Origin: Candidatus Zapsychrus exili
Lineage (GTDB): Bacteria; Omnitrophota; Gorgyraeia; Zapsychrales; Zapsychraceae
Assembly (NCBI GenBank): GCA_030765585.1
Contig: JAVCCJ010000075.1
Coordinates: 37,482 to 101,481, forward strand
Direction of reading: 5' to 3'
Length of the DNA: 64,000 bases
A model generated the notes under the pieces. The model did no database searches. It was not told where the DNA came from and saw only the letters and a list, made by a program, of their open reading frames with translations. A program made the translations under genes and the position numbers. Shown here piece by piece: positions 40,230 through 49,389 of the stretch; the stretch's first letter is position 1; each line of letters begins with the position of its first letter.

Positions 40230-41139
40230 AAAAAGTTTTAAATGTGGAGTGGTATCAATTGTAGGAAGACCGAATACGGGCAAGTCTACGCTTTTAAATA
40301 AAATTGTAGATGAAAAAATAGCTATTGTATCTAAGATTCCACAGACGACTAGGAATCAAATAAGAGGTATATATAATGATGAACGAGGTCAAATTATATT
40401 TATTGATACTCCTGGTTTTCATTATGCAAGAGATAATTTTGATAAGCTTATGAACCAATCTTCATCTGTTGCTATGCAAGATATGGATTGTATAATTTAT
40501 TTGGTTGATGCGAATAAAAGAATAGGAGAGGAAGAGGAGATTGTCGCAAGCAAGTTAAAGGGAGTAAAATGTCCTTTAGTTTTGGGTCTTAATAAAGTTG
40601 ATCTAAAAGGTGGCAAGATACCAGAATATATTGCTTTTTGGGAAAGAATTAAGGGGAAACCAATTAACGAAATAGATGATTTTACGCTTCTTCCTATTGC
40701 AGGAGAAAGAGGCACTAATATAGAAAAACTTATAGATATTCTTTTTTCTTATTTGCCAGAAGGTCCAGCGCTTTATCCAACTGATATTATAAGCGATGTG
40801 CCAAAGAAGATGGTTATTTCTGATATTATAAGAGAAAAATTCCTTAGAATATTAAGACAGGAGATTCCTCACTCTTTAGGTGTTTTTATAGAGCATATGC
40901 AACCAAGAAGAGGAAAGGTTTTGCATATAAAAGTGGTAGTTTTTATAGAGAAAATGAGTCAAAAAGAAATAGTAATAGGTAGGAATGGAAAAGTTTTAAA
41001 ACAAGTTGGTACGCAGGCCAGAGCTGAGCTAGAAGAATTGCTTGAATCAAAGGTTTTTTTAGATCTTCATGTGAAGGTTCAAAAGAATTGGAGAGATAAG
41101 CTTTCTTTCTTGCAAGAAGTTGGATACGAGACTAGATAA
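40219..41139 (+). CDS. era: GTPase Era
   Basis: GRPNTGKS, PQTTR, DTPG and NKVD motifs, plus the KH domain 'VIGRNG..LK'. Confidence 0.96.
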   Translation: MENKKSFKCGVVSIVGRPNTGKSTLLNKIVDEKIAIVSKIPQTTRNQIRGIYNDERGQIIFIDTPGFHYARDNFDKLMNQSSSVAMQDMDCIIYLVDANKRIGEEEEIVASKLKGVKCPLVLGLNKVDLKGGKIPEYIAFWERIKGKPINEIDDFTLLPIAGERGTNIEKLIDILFSYLPEGPALYPTDIISDVPKKMVISDIIREKFLRILRQEIPHSLGVFIEHMQPRRGKVLHIKVVVFIEKMSQKEIVIGRNGKVLKQVGTQARAELEELLESKVFLDLHVKVQKNWRDKLSFLQEVGYETR

Positions 41140-41227
41140 TAGCCCACCTTAATTTTACCTTGCCTTTTTAATATAATTTAGTTTATACTATTTGAAATAA
41201 TTAATATTAATATTATAAATATTAAGT

Positions 41228-41896
41228 ATGAAAAGAAAAGTTGCTTCTGTTAAGCAAATACAGAATTTAGATAAAAGAGCTATAAAAGATTTTGGTGTTG
41301 CGTCTATTGTTCTTATGGAAAATGCAGGAAGAGCTGCTGCGCATGAAATTGCTAGTATTTTAAAGAACAAAAGGAGTCCAAAAGTAGCTATAGTTTGTGG
41401 ATTTGGTAATAATGCAGGAGATGGTTTTGTAATAGCAAGGCATTTAATAAACAGGAAAGTTGATGTAGGTATATTTTTAGTTGGTAGCGCAAAGGCTTTA
41501 AAACAAGATGCTTTGGTTAATTATAAGATATTAAAGAAGTGTAAATATAATATTGTTGAATGTGTAAGCAAAGAAGTTCTTGAAAAAGTAGTTACAAAAT
41601 TTGATTTGATTGTTGATGCTATCTTTGGTGTTGGTTTAAGTCGAGAGGTTAAAGATCCTTTTAAAGGAATAATCGAGATTTTAAACAAAACAAACAAAAA
41701 GATTGTATCTGTAGATGTTCCTTCTGGTTTAGACGGAACAACCGGAAACATATATGGTTGTTGTATTAAGGCTAGCAAAACAGTTACTTTTAGCTTTGCA
41801 AAACAAGGGTTTTATAAGAATTGTGGTCCAAAATATGTTGGCAAGACAGTAGTGGTAGATATCGGAATACCCAAGGAACTGATGGATGAGGTTTAG
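41228..41896 (+). CDS. nnrE: NAD(P)H-hydrate epimerase (stand-alone YjeF_N)
   Basis: 'LMENAG', 'G.GNNAGDG', 'DAIFGVG', 'DVPSG' and 'DIGIP' motifs. Confidence 0.92.
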   Translation: MKRKVASVKQIQNLDKRAIKDFGVASIVLMENAGRAAAHEIASILKNKRSPKVAIVCGFGNNAGDGFVIARHLINRKVDVGIFLVGSAKALKQDALVNYKILKKCKYNIVECVSKEVLEKVVTKFDLIVDAIFGVGLSREVKDPFKGIIEILNKTNKKIVSVDVPSGLDGTTGNIYGCCIKASKTVTFSFAKQGFYKNCGPKYVGKTVVVDIGIPKELMDEV

Positions 41897-41953
41897 GGTT
41901 CAAGGTTACAGGTTTAAATAAAAATTTATTCTTATGCCTTATAACTTAAGCCT
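41889..41953. repeat. Heptamer-period repeats with a loosely complementary downstream tract
   Basis: ggtttag ggttcaa ggttaca ggtttaa, followed by cttatgc cttataa cttaagc ct. Confidence 0.5.
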
Positions 41954-41965
41954 GAGATCTTTAAA

Positions 41966-42625
41966 ATGATATCAAATAAAAACATCTCACAGGTCATTAA
42001 GCTTCTAAAGCGTGAAGTTAAAGAATTGCCAGATCCTTCGGTAACATTGGTTGGTAAAAAGTGGAAAGATCCATTTAAAGTCCTGATATCTTGTATTTTA
42101 AGTTTAAGAACTAAAGATGAAACAACATTACCTGCATCAATTCGTTTATTTAAAATTGCTGGTAATGTCAAAGACATGCTTAAGTTGAGTCAAAGTAAGA
42201 TTGAGAAGACTATATTTCCAGTAGGTTTTTATAAAACGAAAGCTAAGAATATTCTAGGGATAGCTAAGCGTTTGATAGATGAGTTTGAATGTAAGGTTCC
42301 TGATGACTTAGATGTTTTATTGACTTTCAAAGGAGTAGGCAGAAAGACAGCGAATCTTGTTTTAACAGAAGGTTTTGGAAAATTAGGCATTTGTGTTGAT
42401 ACACATGTTCATAGAATATCTAATAGATTTGGGTATGTTAAAACAAAAACGCCAGAAAAAACAGAAGGTGTTTTAAGAAATTGCTTACCAAAGAAACATT
42501 GGATTGGATATAATGCGCTTTTAGTTCTTTGGGGTCAGAATGTTTGTAGGCCAGTGTCACCAATATGTTCTAAATGTACGCTTAGTAAAATGTGTTTTAA
42601 AGCAGGAGTAGATGTTTCAAGATAA
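41966..42625 (+). CDS. nth: Endonuclease III
   Basis: HhH 'GVGRKTANLVL', 'VDTHVHR', and the FeS motif CRPVSPICSKCTLSKMC. Confidence 0.95.
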   Translation: MISNKNISQVIKLLKREVKELPDPSVTLVGKKWKDPFKVLISCILSLRTKDETTLPASIRLFKIAGNVKDMLKLSQSKIEKTIFPVGFYKTKAKNILGIAKRLIDEFECKVPDDLDVLLTFKGVGRKTANLVLTEGFGKLGICVDTHVHRISNRFGYVKTKTPEKTEGVLRNCLPKKHWIGYNALLVLWGQNVCRPVSPICSKCTLSKMCFKAGVDVSR

Positions 42626-42642
42626 AAACAGAAGAGGTTAAG

Positions 42643-43929
42643 ATGAGATTGTTTATATATTTATCAGAAATATTAGGTCGAACTGTTCAGGATTCTCAAG
42701 GGAAAACCTTAGGGAAACTTTGCGATGTTTCTATGTTCTTAACCGAAGAGGTGTTTCCTCGCGCAGAAGGACTTGTTGTCAAAAGAGGAATCCTGGCGGG
42801 TAAGCATGCTTTTATTCATATAGACAATATAAAAAGTCTTGGCAAGATAATAAGTTTAAAAGTTGGCGAAGAAAACGTAAGGTTTCAAAGTGATCCGATT
42901 AAGCCAGAATTTTCTCTTTGTCGCGATGTTTTGGATCAACAAGTAGTTGATACTGATGATCAAAAGGTAGTTCGTGTAAATGATGTGCATTTGTTAAATG
43001 TAGATAATCAGCTTTACTTGGGCCATGTAGATGTGGGCTTACGCGGAATAGTTCGCCGTCTAGGTTGGACAAGTTTCGTAGATTCTGTTGTTAAATTTTT
43101 TTCTTTAAACTCTCCATATTTAAAAGAAGAAGAATTAATTTCTTGGAAAAATTCACAAGTACTTACTATTGGTCGCTTAAGGAATGTACTTCGTTCGGAT
43201 GTGGCGCGTCAAAAGCTTTCTAAAATACCTGCAACAGAGTTGGCCGATATTATGGAGGATTTAGATATCTTTGAGAGAGCATCTTTGTTTAAGACTTTTA
43301 GTACTGATCTTCAAAGAAAAGTATTTGCTGATATGGCAAATCATGAAAAAGAAGAGCTTATTGATCAGCTTACCGATCGCGAAGCAGGCAACTTGCTTGA
43401 AAATATACCCGCCGATGAAGCTACAGACCTTTTAAATAATCTTCCAAAAGATAAAGTAAGACATTTGATGCGTTTTATACATTCTGAAACATCAAAACAG
43501 CTTCGCAAATTGTTAGGGTATAAACAGGATACCGCTGGTGGTTTAATGACAACAGAATATTTATGTTTAAAACAAGATGCTCTTGTTCGTGACGCTATGC
43601 AATTGATTAAGGATAATACTGAATATCCAGGAAATATATTCTTTATTTATATAGTAGACGATCAAAATCGTCTTGTAGGAACAACATCTTTAAGGCGTTT
43701 TATTAATGTTGATGAAAACACTCCTGTAGTTGAAACGCGTTATCTGAGCGAAACATTTGTTAGAACAGATGATGAGATGGAAGAGGTAGCTCTTTTGTTA
43801 GAGAAATACAAGTTTTCATCTATTCCTGTTTTAAATGAAGAGGATGTAATTGAAGGGGTTATTACAAGTGATGACGTTATGGAAGAATTAATTTCATTAA
43901 CTTGGAAGAAATATAAAGATCAGTTATGA
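42643..43929 (+). CDS. PRC-barrel/MgtE-N/CBS domain cytoplasmic protein
   Basis: Two PRC-like repeats ('LDQQVVD.D..KVVRVNDV'), MgtE-N helices and 'TAGGLMTTEY' CBS pair; no membrane domain. Confidence 0.85.
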   Translation: MRLFIYLSEILGRTVQDSQGKTLGKLCDVSMFLTEEVFPRAEGLVVKRGILAGKHAFIHIDNIKSLGKIISLKVGEENVRFQSDPIKPEFSLCRDVLDQQVVDTDDQKVVRVNDVHLLNVDNQLYLGHVDVGLRGIVRRLGWTSFVDSVVKFFSLNSPYLKEEELISWKNSQVLTIGRLRNVLRSDVARQKLSKIPATELADIMEDLDIFERASLFKTFSTDLQRKVFADMANHEKEELIDQLTDREAGNLLENIPADEATDLLNNLPKDKVRHLMRFIHSETSKQLRKLLGYKQDTAGGLMTTEYLCLKQDALVRDAMQLIKDNTEYPGNIFFIYIVDDQNRLVGTTSLRRFINVDENTPVVETRYLSETFVRTDDEMEEVALLLEKYKFSSIPVLNEEDVIEGVITSDDVMEELISLTWKKYKDQL

Positions 43930-45182
43930 AAAAACTTTTTGAAAAAATTAGAAATTCAGCTCCAGTTAGAAATTTTTTATTGTTTTTAGCTGTTATGGGT
44001 CCAGGTATTATTACTGCAAATGTAGATAACGATGCTGGTGGCATAGCTACGTATTCTCTTGCTGGTGCACATTTCGGATATATGCTTCTATGGTCGTTGA
44101 TACCGATTACGCTAGCGCTTATTGTTGTGCAGGAGATGTGCGCTCGTATGGCTGTTGCAACAGGTAAAGGATTAGCTGATCTTATAAGAGAGAATTATGG
44201 AGTTAAGGTAACATTTTATTTGATGTTTGCTTTGTTTTTTGTAAATCTTACAAATGTTATGGCCGAATTTGCTGGTATTGCGGTCAGTCTTGAGATATTT
44301 CATATTAGCAAATTCTTTTCAGTTCCTTTGTCGGCATTTTTTGTTTGGGTAATTGTAGTAAAAGGCACGTATAAGTCAGTTGAAAAGATTTTCTTGTTCG
44401 CTTGTCTTTTTTATGTTGCGTATATTATATCTGGTTTTATTGCTAAGCCAGACTGGTATGAAGTATTTCAACAAACACTTTCTCCGAAGATAAATTGGAA
44501 CATTGGATATGTTGTTATGTTAGTTGGTGTAATTGGAACTACAATCGCTCCATGGATGCAGTTTTATTTGCAATCATCAATTGTTGAAAAAGGTATTACT
44601 CCAGAAGAGTATAAACATTTACGGCTAGATGTTGTAGGCGGTTGTGTTATTGCTCCTGTTGTAGCTTTTTTTATTGTTGTAGCTTGTGCAGCAACATTAT
44701 TTAAAGCAGGTGTTACTATTGAATCAGCACAAGACGCTGCAATAGCGTTGAAACCTTTGGCAGGAAGGTATGCATCTTGGTTATTTGCTTTCGGACTATT
44801 TAATGCTTCTATATTTGCAGCTTCTATTTTACCGCTTTCTACGTCGTACAGTATTTGTGAGGGTATGGGATGGGATGCTGGAGTGGACAAAAGGTTTGAG
44901 GAGGCGCCGCAATTCTTTTGGCTATATGCAACTATGATAGTAATTGGAGCAGGAGCAGTTCTTATTCCAAGATTTCCGCTATTAGGTATAATGTATTTTT
45001 CTCAGGTAGGAAATGGAATTCTTCTTCCATTTATTTTGATTTTTATGCTTTCGCTTATTAACAATAAAGACATAATGGGTGAGTTTACTAATAACAAAAT
45101 TCTTAATATTATAACTTGGGCAACAGTTGTTATAATTATAGGTTTAACACTAGTAATGGTTGTTTTTACTTTTATACATTAA
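43926..45182 (+). CDS. NRAMP-related divalent cation (Mg2+) transporter, NrmT-like
   Basis: 'GPGIITANVDNDAGGIATYS' and 'GTTIAPWMQFYLQS' motifs; translationally coupled (ATGA) to the MgtE-N/CBS gene. Confidence 0.88.
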   Translation: MKKLFEKIRNSAPVRNFLLFLAVMGPGIITANVDNDAGGIATYSLAGAHFGYMLLWSLIPITLALIVVQEMCARMAVATGKGLADLIRENYGVKVTFYLMFALFFVNLTNVMAEFAGIAVSLEIFHISKFFSVPLSAFFVWVIVVKGTYKSVEKIFLFACLFYVAYIISGFIAKPDWYEVFQQTLSPKINWNIGYVVMLVGVIGTTIAPWMQFYLQSSIVEKGITPEEYKHLRLDVVGGCVIAPVVAFFIVVACAATLFKAGVTIESAQDAAIALKPLAGRYASWLFAFGLFNASIFAASILPLSTSYSICEGMGWDAGVDKRFEEAPQFFWLYATMIVIGAGAVLIPRFPLLGIMYFSQVGNGILLPFILIFMLSLINNKDIMGEFTNNKILNIITWATVVIIIGLTLVMVVFTFIH

Positions 45183-45185
45183 GAT

Positions 45186-46196
45186 ATGGGAAAAATTGTT
45201 GGTCTAACATATGACATAAAGTCAGATTGGATTATTGATTCGTCTGATACTTACGATGCTAACGCAGAGTTTGATAAGCCTAAGACTGTTGATAAGGTTG
45301 TAAAGGCTTTAGAATCTGGTGGGCATATCGTTAGACGAATAGGTAATGTGCATAGCCTTCTTAAACAAATAGATGAGCTAGATGTAGATATTGTTTTTAA
45401 TATTTGTGAAGGCATAAGCACAAGAAATAGAGAATCTCAAGTTCCTATTTTGCTTGAGACTAAAGGTATTCCTTATGTCGGATCTGATGGGCTTACTTTA
45501 GGAATAACTCTAGACAAAGTTATTGCTAAAAGATTGTTTTTAGCAGAGAATATCCCAACCCCACGATATTTTGAAGTTTCATCTACTAATAATTTAATAG
45601 ATTTAAATATAGTCGATTTTCCTCTAATCGTCAAAACTCGCCATGAAGGTTCTTCTAAGGGCATTTCACAGAATTCGCGCGTTGTAGATTATCAAGGTTT
45701 AGAGAGGCAAGTCAATCTGATAAATAATGTTTATAATCAGCCTGCGCTTGTTGAAGAGTTTATAAGGGGCACAGAATTTACTGTAGCTGTCTTGGGAAAT
45801 GATAGCCCAGAGGCTATGCCAGTTGTCCAGGTTAGCGTCGATGGCAATACAAATTTAGGGGACCAGTTTTATACTTTTGATAGAATTTCTTCAGATACAT
45901 TACAGTATGTCTGTCCTGCAAAAATAAGTGATGAATTAAAAGAGAACATACAAGACTTGGCTGTTAAGGCTTATAGTTGTGTAGGTTGCCGAGATTTTGG
46001 AAGAGTAGATTTTAGAGTAGATGAAAAAGGCAATCCGTATGTTTTAGAAATCAATCCATTGCCATCATTGGATGAGGAAGATGTTTTTAATTTGTTCCCT
46101 AATGTTTTAGGTTCAGATTATGATAAGACAATAAATAAGATATTAGATTTAGCTTTAGAGAGGTATGGTTTATTAGAATCCGTAGAGGTAAATTAA
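45186..46196 (+). CDS. D-Ala-D-Ala-ligase-like ATP-grasp protein
   Basis: 'FNICEG....RESQVP', 'EGSSKGI', 'EEFI.G.EFTV', 'RVDFR' and 'LEINPLPSL' motifs. It lacks the canonical Ddl N-terminal GGxSxE motif. Confidence 0.85.
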   Translation: MGKIVGLTYDIKSDWIIDSSDTYDANAEFDKPKTVDKVVKALESGGHIVRRIGNVHSLLKQIDELDVDIVFNICEGISTRNRESQVPILLETKGIPYVGSDGLTLGITLDKVIAKRLFLAENIPTPRYFEVSSTNNLIDLNIVDFPLIVKTRHEGSSKGISQNSRVVDYQGLERQVNLINNVYNQPALVEEFIRGTEFTVAVLGNDSPEAMPVVQVSVDGNTNLGDQFYTFDRISSDTLQYVCPAKISDELKENIQDLAVKAYSCVGCRDFGRVDFRVDEKGNPYVLEINPLPSLDEEDVFNLFPNVLGSDYDKTINKILDLALERYGLLESVEVN

Positions 46197-46197
46197 A

Positions 46198-47349
46198 ATG
46201 AAATCTTTAGATGTGAACAATCAAAAGAAATTAACATTGGAAGAAAATCGTGTTATCAATTTTTTCGATGATGCGAAAGTGTTGGATTGGGAAGACTGGA
46301 GATGGCAGGTAAAACATACGATTCGGACTAAAGATATTTTAGGGAAATTAATTGATTTAACAGAAGAGGAAAGACTTGGAATAGAAGGTTGCGGCAAGAA
46401 ACTTTCTATGGCAATTACTCCCTATTTTGCTAGTTTGATTGACCCTAATAATTCGAATTGTCCAATCCGCCTTCAAAGTGTTCCGCAGAAATATGAATTA
46501 GATTTTTCAAAAGAAGAAATGATTGATCCCCTAGAAGAGGAGAAATACTCTCCGGTGCCAGGTCTTATACACAGATATCCCGATAGAGCGTTATTTCTTG
46601 TAAGTGAAATGTGCGCTGTGTATTGCAGACATTGTACGCGTTCTCGTGTTGTAGGAAAGCGTACAAGAAAATTTAATAAAAAAACATGTGAAGCAGCGTT
46701 TGATTATATACGATTTAATAAAAAGATACGTGATGTTTTGATTTCTGGCGGAGATCCGTTTATGTTAGAAGATTCTGATCTAGAGTATGTTATTCAAAGT
46801 TTAAGGTCTATAGAACATGTTGAATTTATAAGATTAGGAACGAGAGTTCCTGTGACTCTTCCTCAAAGAGTTACAGTCAATCTTGTAAATATGCTTAAGA
46901 AGCATGGGCCAATTTGGATTAGCATACATTTCAATCATTCTAAGGAAATTACAAAACGAGTAAAATTTGCTTGTGATTTGTTGTCAGATAATGGAATGCC
47001 TTTGGGCAGTCAAACAGTTTTACTCAAAGGAATTAATGACAAGCCATCTATAATGAAAGAGCTTATGCATGATCTTTTAAAGATAAGGGTTCGTCCTTAT
47101 TATATTTATCAATGTGATCCTGTTTTGGGATCTAAACATTTTCGTACGCCTGTTTCATGTGGTATGAATATAATTCAGAAACTTTATGGTTTTACAACGG
47201 GCTATGCGATACCAACATATGTTATCGATTGCCCTGGTGGTGGCGGTAAAGTCCCTATTGGGTTAGATTCCATTGTTGATAAAAAGGGCGGAACGTATAC
47301 TCTTCGCAATTACGCAGGAAAGTTTTTTACTTATCAGGATCCTGAATAA
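46198..47349 (+). CDS. kamA: KamA-family radical SAM amino acid 2,3-aminomutase
   Basis: 'HRYPDR', CxxxCxxC (CAVYCRHC), 'SGGDP', 'QTVLLKGIND', 'RPYYIYQCD' and PLP-lysine 'PGGGGK' motifs. Confidence 0.9.
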   Translation: MKSLDVNNQKKLTLEENRVINFFDDAKVLDWEDWRWQVKHTIRTKDILGKLIDLTEEERLGIEGCGKKLSMAITPYFASLIDPNNSNCPIRLQSVPQKYELDFSKEEMIDPLEEEKYSPVPGLIHRYPDRALFLVSEMCAVYCRHCTRSRVVGKRTRKFNKKTCEAAFDYIRFNKKIRDVLISGGDPFMLEDSDLEYVIQSLRSIEHVEFIRLGTRVPVTLPQRVTVNLVNMLKKHGPIWISIHFNHSKEITKRVKFACDLLSDNGMPLGSQTVLLKGINDKPSIMKELMHDLLKIRVRPYYIYQCDPVLGSKHFRTPVSCGMNIIQKLYGFTTGYAIPTYVIDCPGGGGKVPIGLDSIVDKKGGTYTLRNYAGKFFTYQDPE

Positions 47350-47392
47350 TTAGTAGTTATTTATATGTGTTAGACAGTGTTTTATCAAAATA

Positions 47393-47421
47393 TTGACCAT
47401 AGTTTGCTCTTGTGGTAGTAT
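47393..47421 (+). promoter_or_regulatory. Candidate sigma70 promoter for rpsU
   Basis: TTGACC, 17-bp spacer, TGn-TAGTAT. Confidence 0.45.
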
Positions 47422-47557
47422 TATGCCCTATATAAAATATAGTTTTACTTTTTAAAGAGTTGTAATATAATACGTATTCTATTTATTATTAATTTTATAT
47501 AAAATGTTTTTAAACAATATATTATTTAAAAATGCTCGCAAAAGGTGGTGATTTAGA

Positions 47558-47716
47558 GTGATTGAAGTAAAAGTTTCTGATCCGCATAATTTTGAAAAAG
47601 CTATGCGTATATTTAAAAAAGCATGTCAAAAAGATGGTTTTATGATGGAGTTGAAAGAAAGACGATATTATTGTAAGCCTTCTGAAAAAAAGAGACATAA
47701 AGGTAAGAAAAGATAA
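47558..47716 (+). CDS. rpsU: 30S ribosomal protein bS21
   Basis: Hand translation from GTG with an AGGTGGTG RBS: MIEVKVSDPHNFEKAMRIFKKACQKDGFMMELKERRYYCKPSEKKRHKGKKR. At 52 aa it is below the ORF-track cutoff. Confidence 0.92.
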   Translation: MIEVKVSDPHNFEKAMRIFKKACQKDGFMMELKERRYYCKPSEKKRHKGKKR

Positions 47717-47730
47717 ATATTGTATTAATT

Positions 47731-47804
47731 TGGCTTTGCGCCATGAGTTTGTTGTTTTGTGTCCTAATAGCTAGGCATAAACATAAAGCTTTGGCGTAAA
47801 GCCA
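47731..47804. terminator. Long imperfect hairpin between rpsU and purH
   Basis: TGGCTTTGCGCCA (47731-43) pairs with TGGCGTAAAGCCA (47792-804), with further inner pairing; followed by TTATTTATTT. Confidence 0.5.
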
Positions 47805-47825
47805 TTATTTATTTAAGGAATCATA

Positions 47826-49379
47826 ATGATTAAGGTTAAAAGAGCGCTTATAAGTGTTTCAGACAAGAAAGGCATATTGCCTTTTGCTAAAAGATTACAT
47901 TCTTTTGGAGTTGAAATACTTTCTACGGGCGGAACAGCTCGTCAATTAAGAGATGCTGGAATTCCAGTTATTGAAGTATCAGATTATACTGGATTCCCTG
48001 AGATGTTAGATGGAAGAGTAAAGACTCTTCATCCTAAAATTCATGGCGGACTCCTTGCGCTTAGGAACAAAAAAGAGCATATGGATCAAATAGCCGAGCA
48101 TAGTATTGGCCTGATAGATATGGCTGTTGTAAACCTTTATCCTTTTGAAAGTGTTATAAAAAAGAAAAAAGTATCAATGGAAGAAGCTATAGAAAATATT
48201 GATATTGGCGGGCCTTCAATGCTTCGTTCAGCTGCTAAAAATTATAAAAGTGTTGCGGTTGTATGTAATCCTGAAAAATATGGAGAGATTTTAAAAGAGC
48301 TTGATGTAAACAGCGGAATTCTTTCTGATTTCTTTTTATTCCGCCTTTCAGTTGAAGCATTTAAATGCACTGCGCGTTATGATCAGATTATATTTGGATT
48401 CTTAACAGAACGCTTATCAGGAGATTTAGCACCACTTCCAAAAACATTAGACCTTAATTTAACAAAAGCTTTTGATTTGCGATATGGAGAAAATCCACAC
48501 CAAAATGGCGCTCTTTATCGTCAAGGAGGTCAAGATTGTGGCCTTACTAACATTCGTCAATTACATGGCAAAGAGTTGTCTTTTAATAATTTTCTTGATT
48601 TAAGTGCAGCTGTTAATTTCATTAAAGATTTTGATAAGCCTACAGCAGTTATTATTAAACATAATAATCCTACTGGAATTGCTGAAGATACTACATTACT
48701 AAATGCGTTTAAGAATGCATTAAAATGCGACCCTATTTCTGCATTTGGTGGCATTATAGGATTTAATAAGGCAGTTGACGTAAAAACAGCAAAAGAAATT
48801 TTTAAGAGTGGATTTATGGAATGCGTTATTTCTCCTAAATTTAATAAAGATGCGTTAGAGGTTTTAAAGGTTAAGAAAAACTTACGATTAATAGAGTTTG
48901 ATTTTAATAAACAAGTTTCTGATAAGTTTGATTATAAGAAAGTTTGTGGTGGTTTTCTTGTTCAAGAAAAAGATAATAGGGCTCTTAACGCGAATGAGTT
49001 AAAGGTTGTAACTAAGAAGAAACCAACAAAAGCACAAATGGACTCGATGTTATTTGGTTGGAAAGTAATTAAAAATGTAAAATCTAATGCAATTGTTTTA
49101 GTAAAAGGTAAAAAAACCATAGGCATTGGTTGTGGACAAACAAGTCGTATTGAGAGTGTCAGAATATCAATAAAACAAGCTGGCAAAGAAGCAAAAGGAT
49201 CAGTTCTTATATCTGATGCATTTTTACCAAAGACAGATAATATAAAAGCAGCAGCAAAGGCTGGAATCAAAGCAATTATTCATCCTGGAGGTTCTATCGC
49301 AGACGCTGATGTTATAAAAGAAGCGGATAAAGTTAACATAGCAATGGTTGCAACAGGTGTACGCCACTTTAAACACTAA
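47826..49379 (+). CDS. purH: Bifunctional AICAR transformylase/IMP cyclohydrolase
   Basis: 'ALISVSDK', 'GRVKTLHPKIHGG', 'IDIGGP', 'LRYGENPHQ', 'KHNNP' and terminal 'RHFKH' motifs. Confidence 0.97.
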   Translation: MIKVKRALISVSDKKGILPFAKRLHSFGVEILSTGGTARQLRDAGIPVIEVSDYTGFPEMLDGRVKTLHPKIHGGLLALRNKKEHMDQIAEHSIGLIDMAVVNLYPFESVIKKKKVSMEEAIENIDIGGPSMLRSAAKNYKSVAVVCNPEKYGEILKELDVNSGILSDFFLFRLSVEAFKCTARYDQIIFGFLTERLSGDLAPLPKTLDLNLTKAFDLRYGENPHQNGALYRQGGQDCGLTNIRQLHGKELSFNNFLDLSAAVNFIKDFDKPTAVIIKHNNPTGIAEDTTLLNAFKNALKCDPISAFGGIIGFNKAVDVKTAKEIFKSGFMECVISPKFNKDALEVLKVKKNLRLIEFDFNKQVSDKFDYKKVCGGFLVQEKDNRALNANELKVVTKKKPTKAQMDSMLFGWKVIKNVKSNAIVLVKGKKTIGIGCGQTSRIESVRISIKQAGKEAKGSVLISDAFLPKTDNIKAAAKAGIKAIIHPGGSIADADVIKEADKVNIAMVATGVRHFKH

Positions 49380-49389
49380 ATAGGGCGCA

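Noticed and set aside
47717-47825. ZTP (pfl) riboswitch upstream of purH
   Set aside because: The conserved ZTP motifs (GACTGGCG..., CGCCTGGG pseudoknot) are absent.
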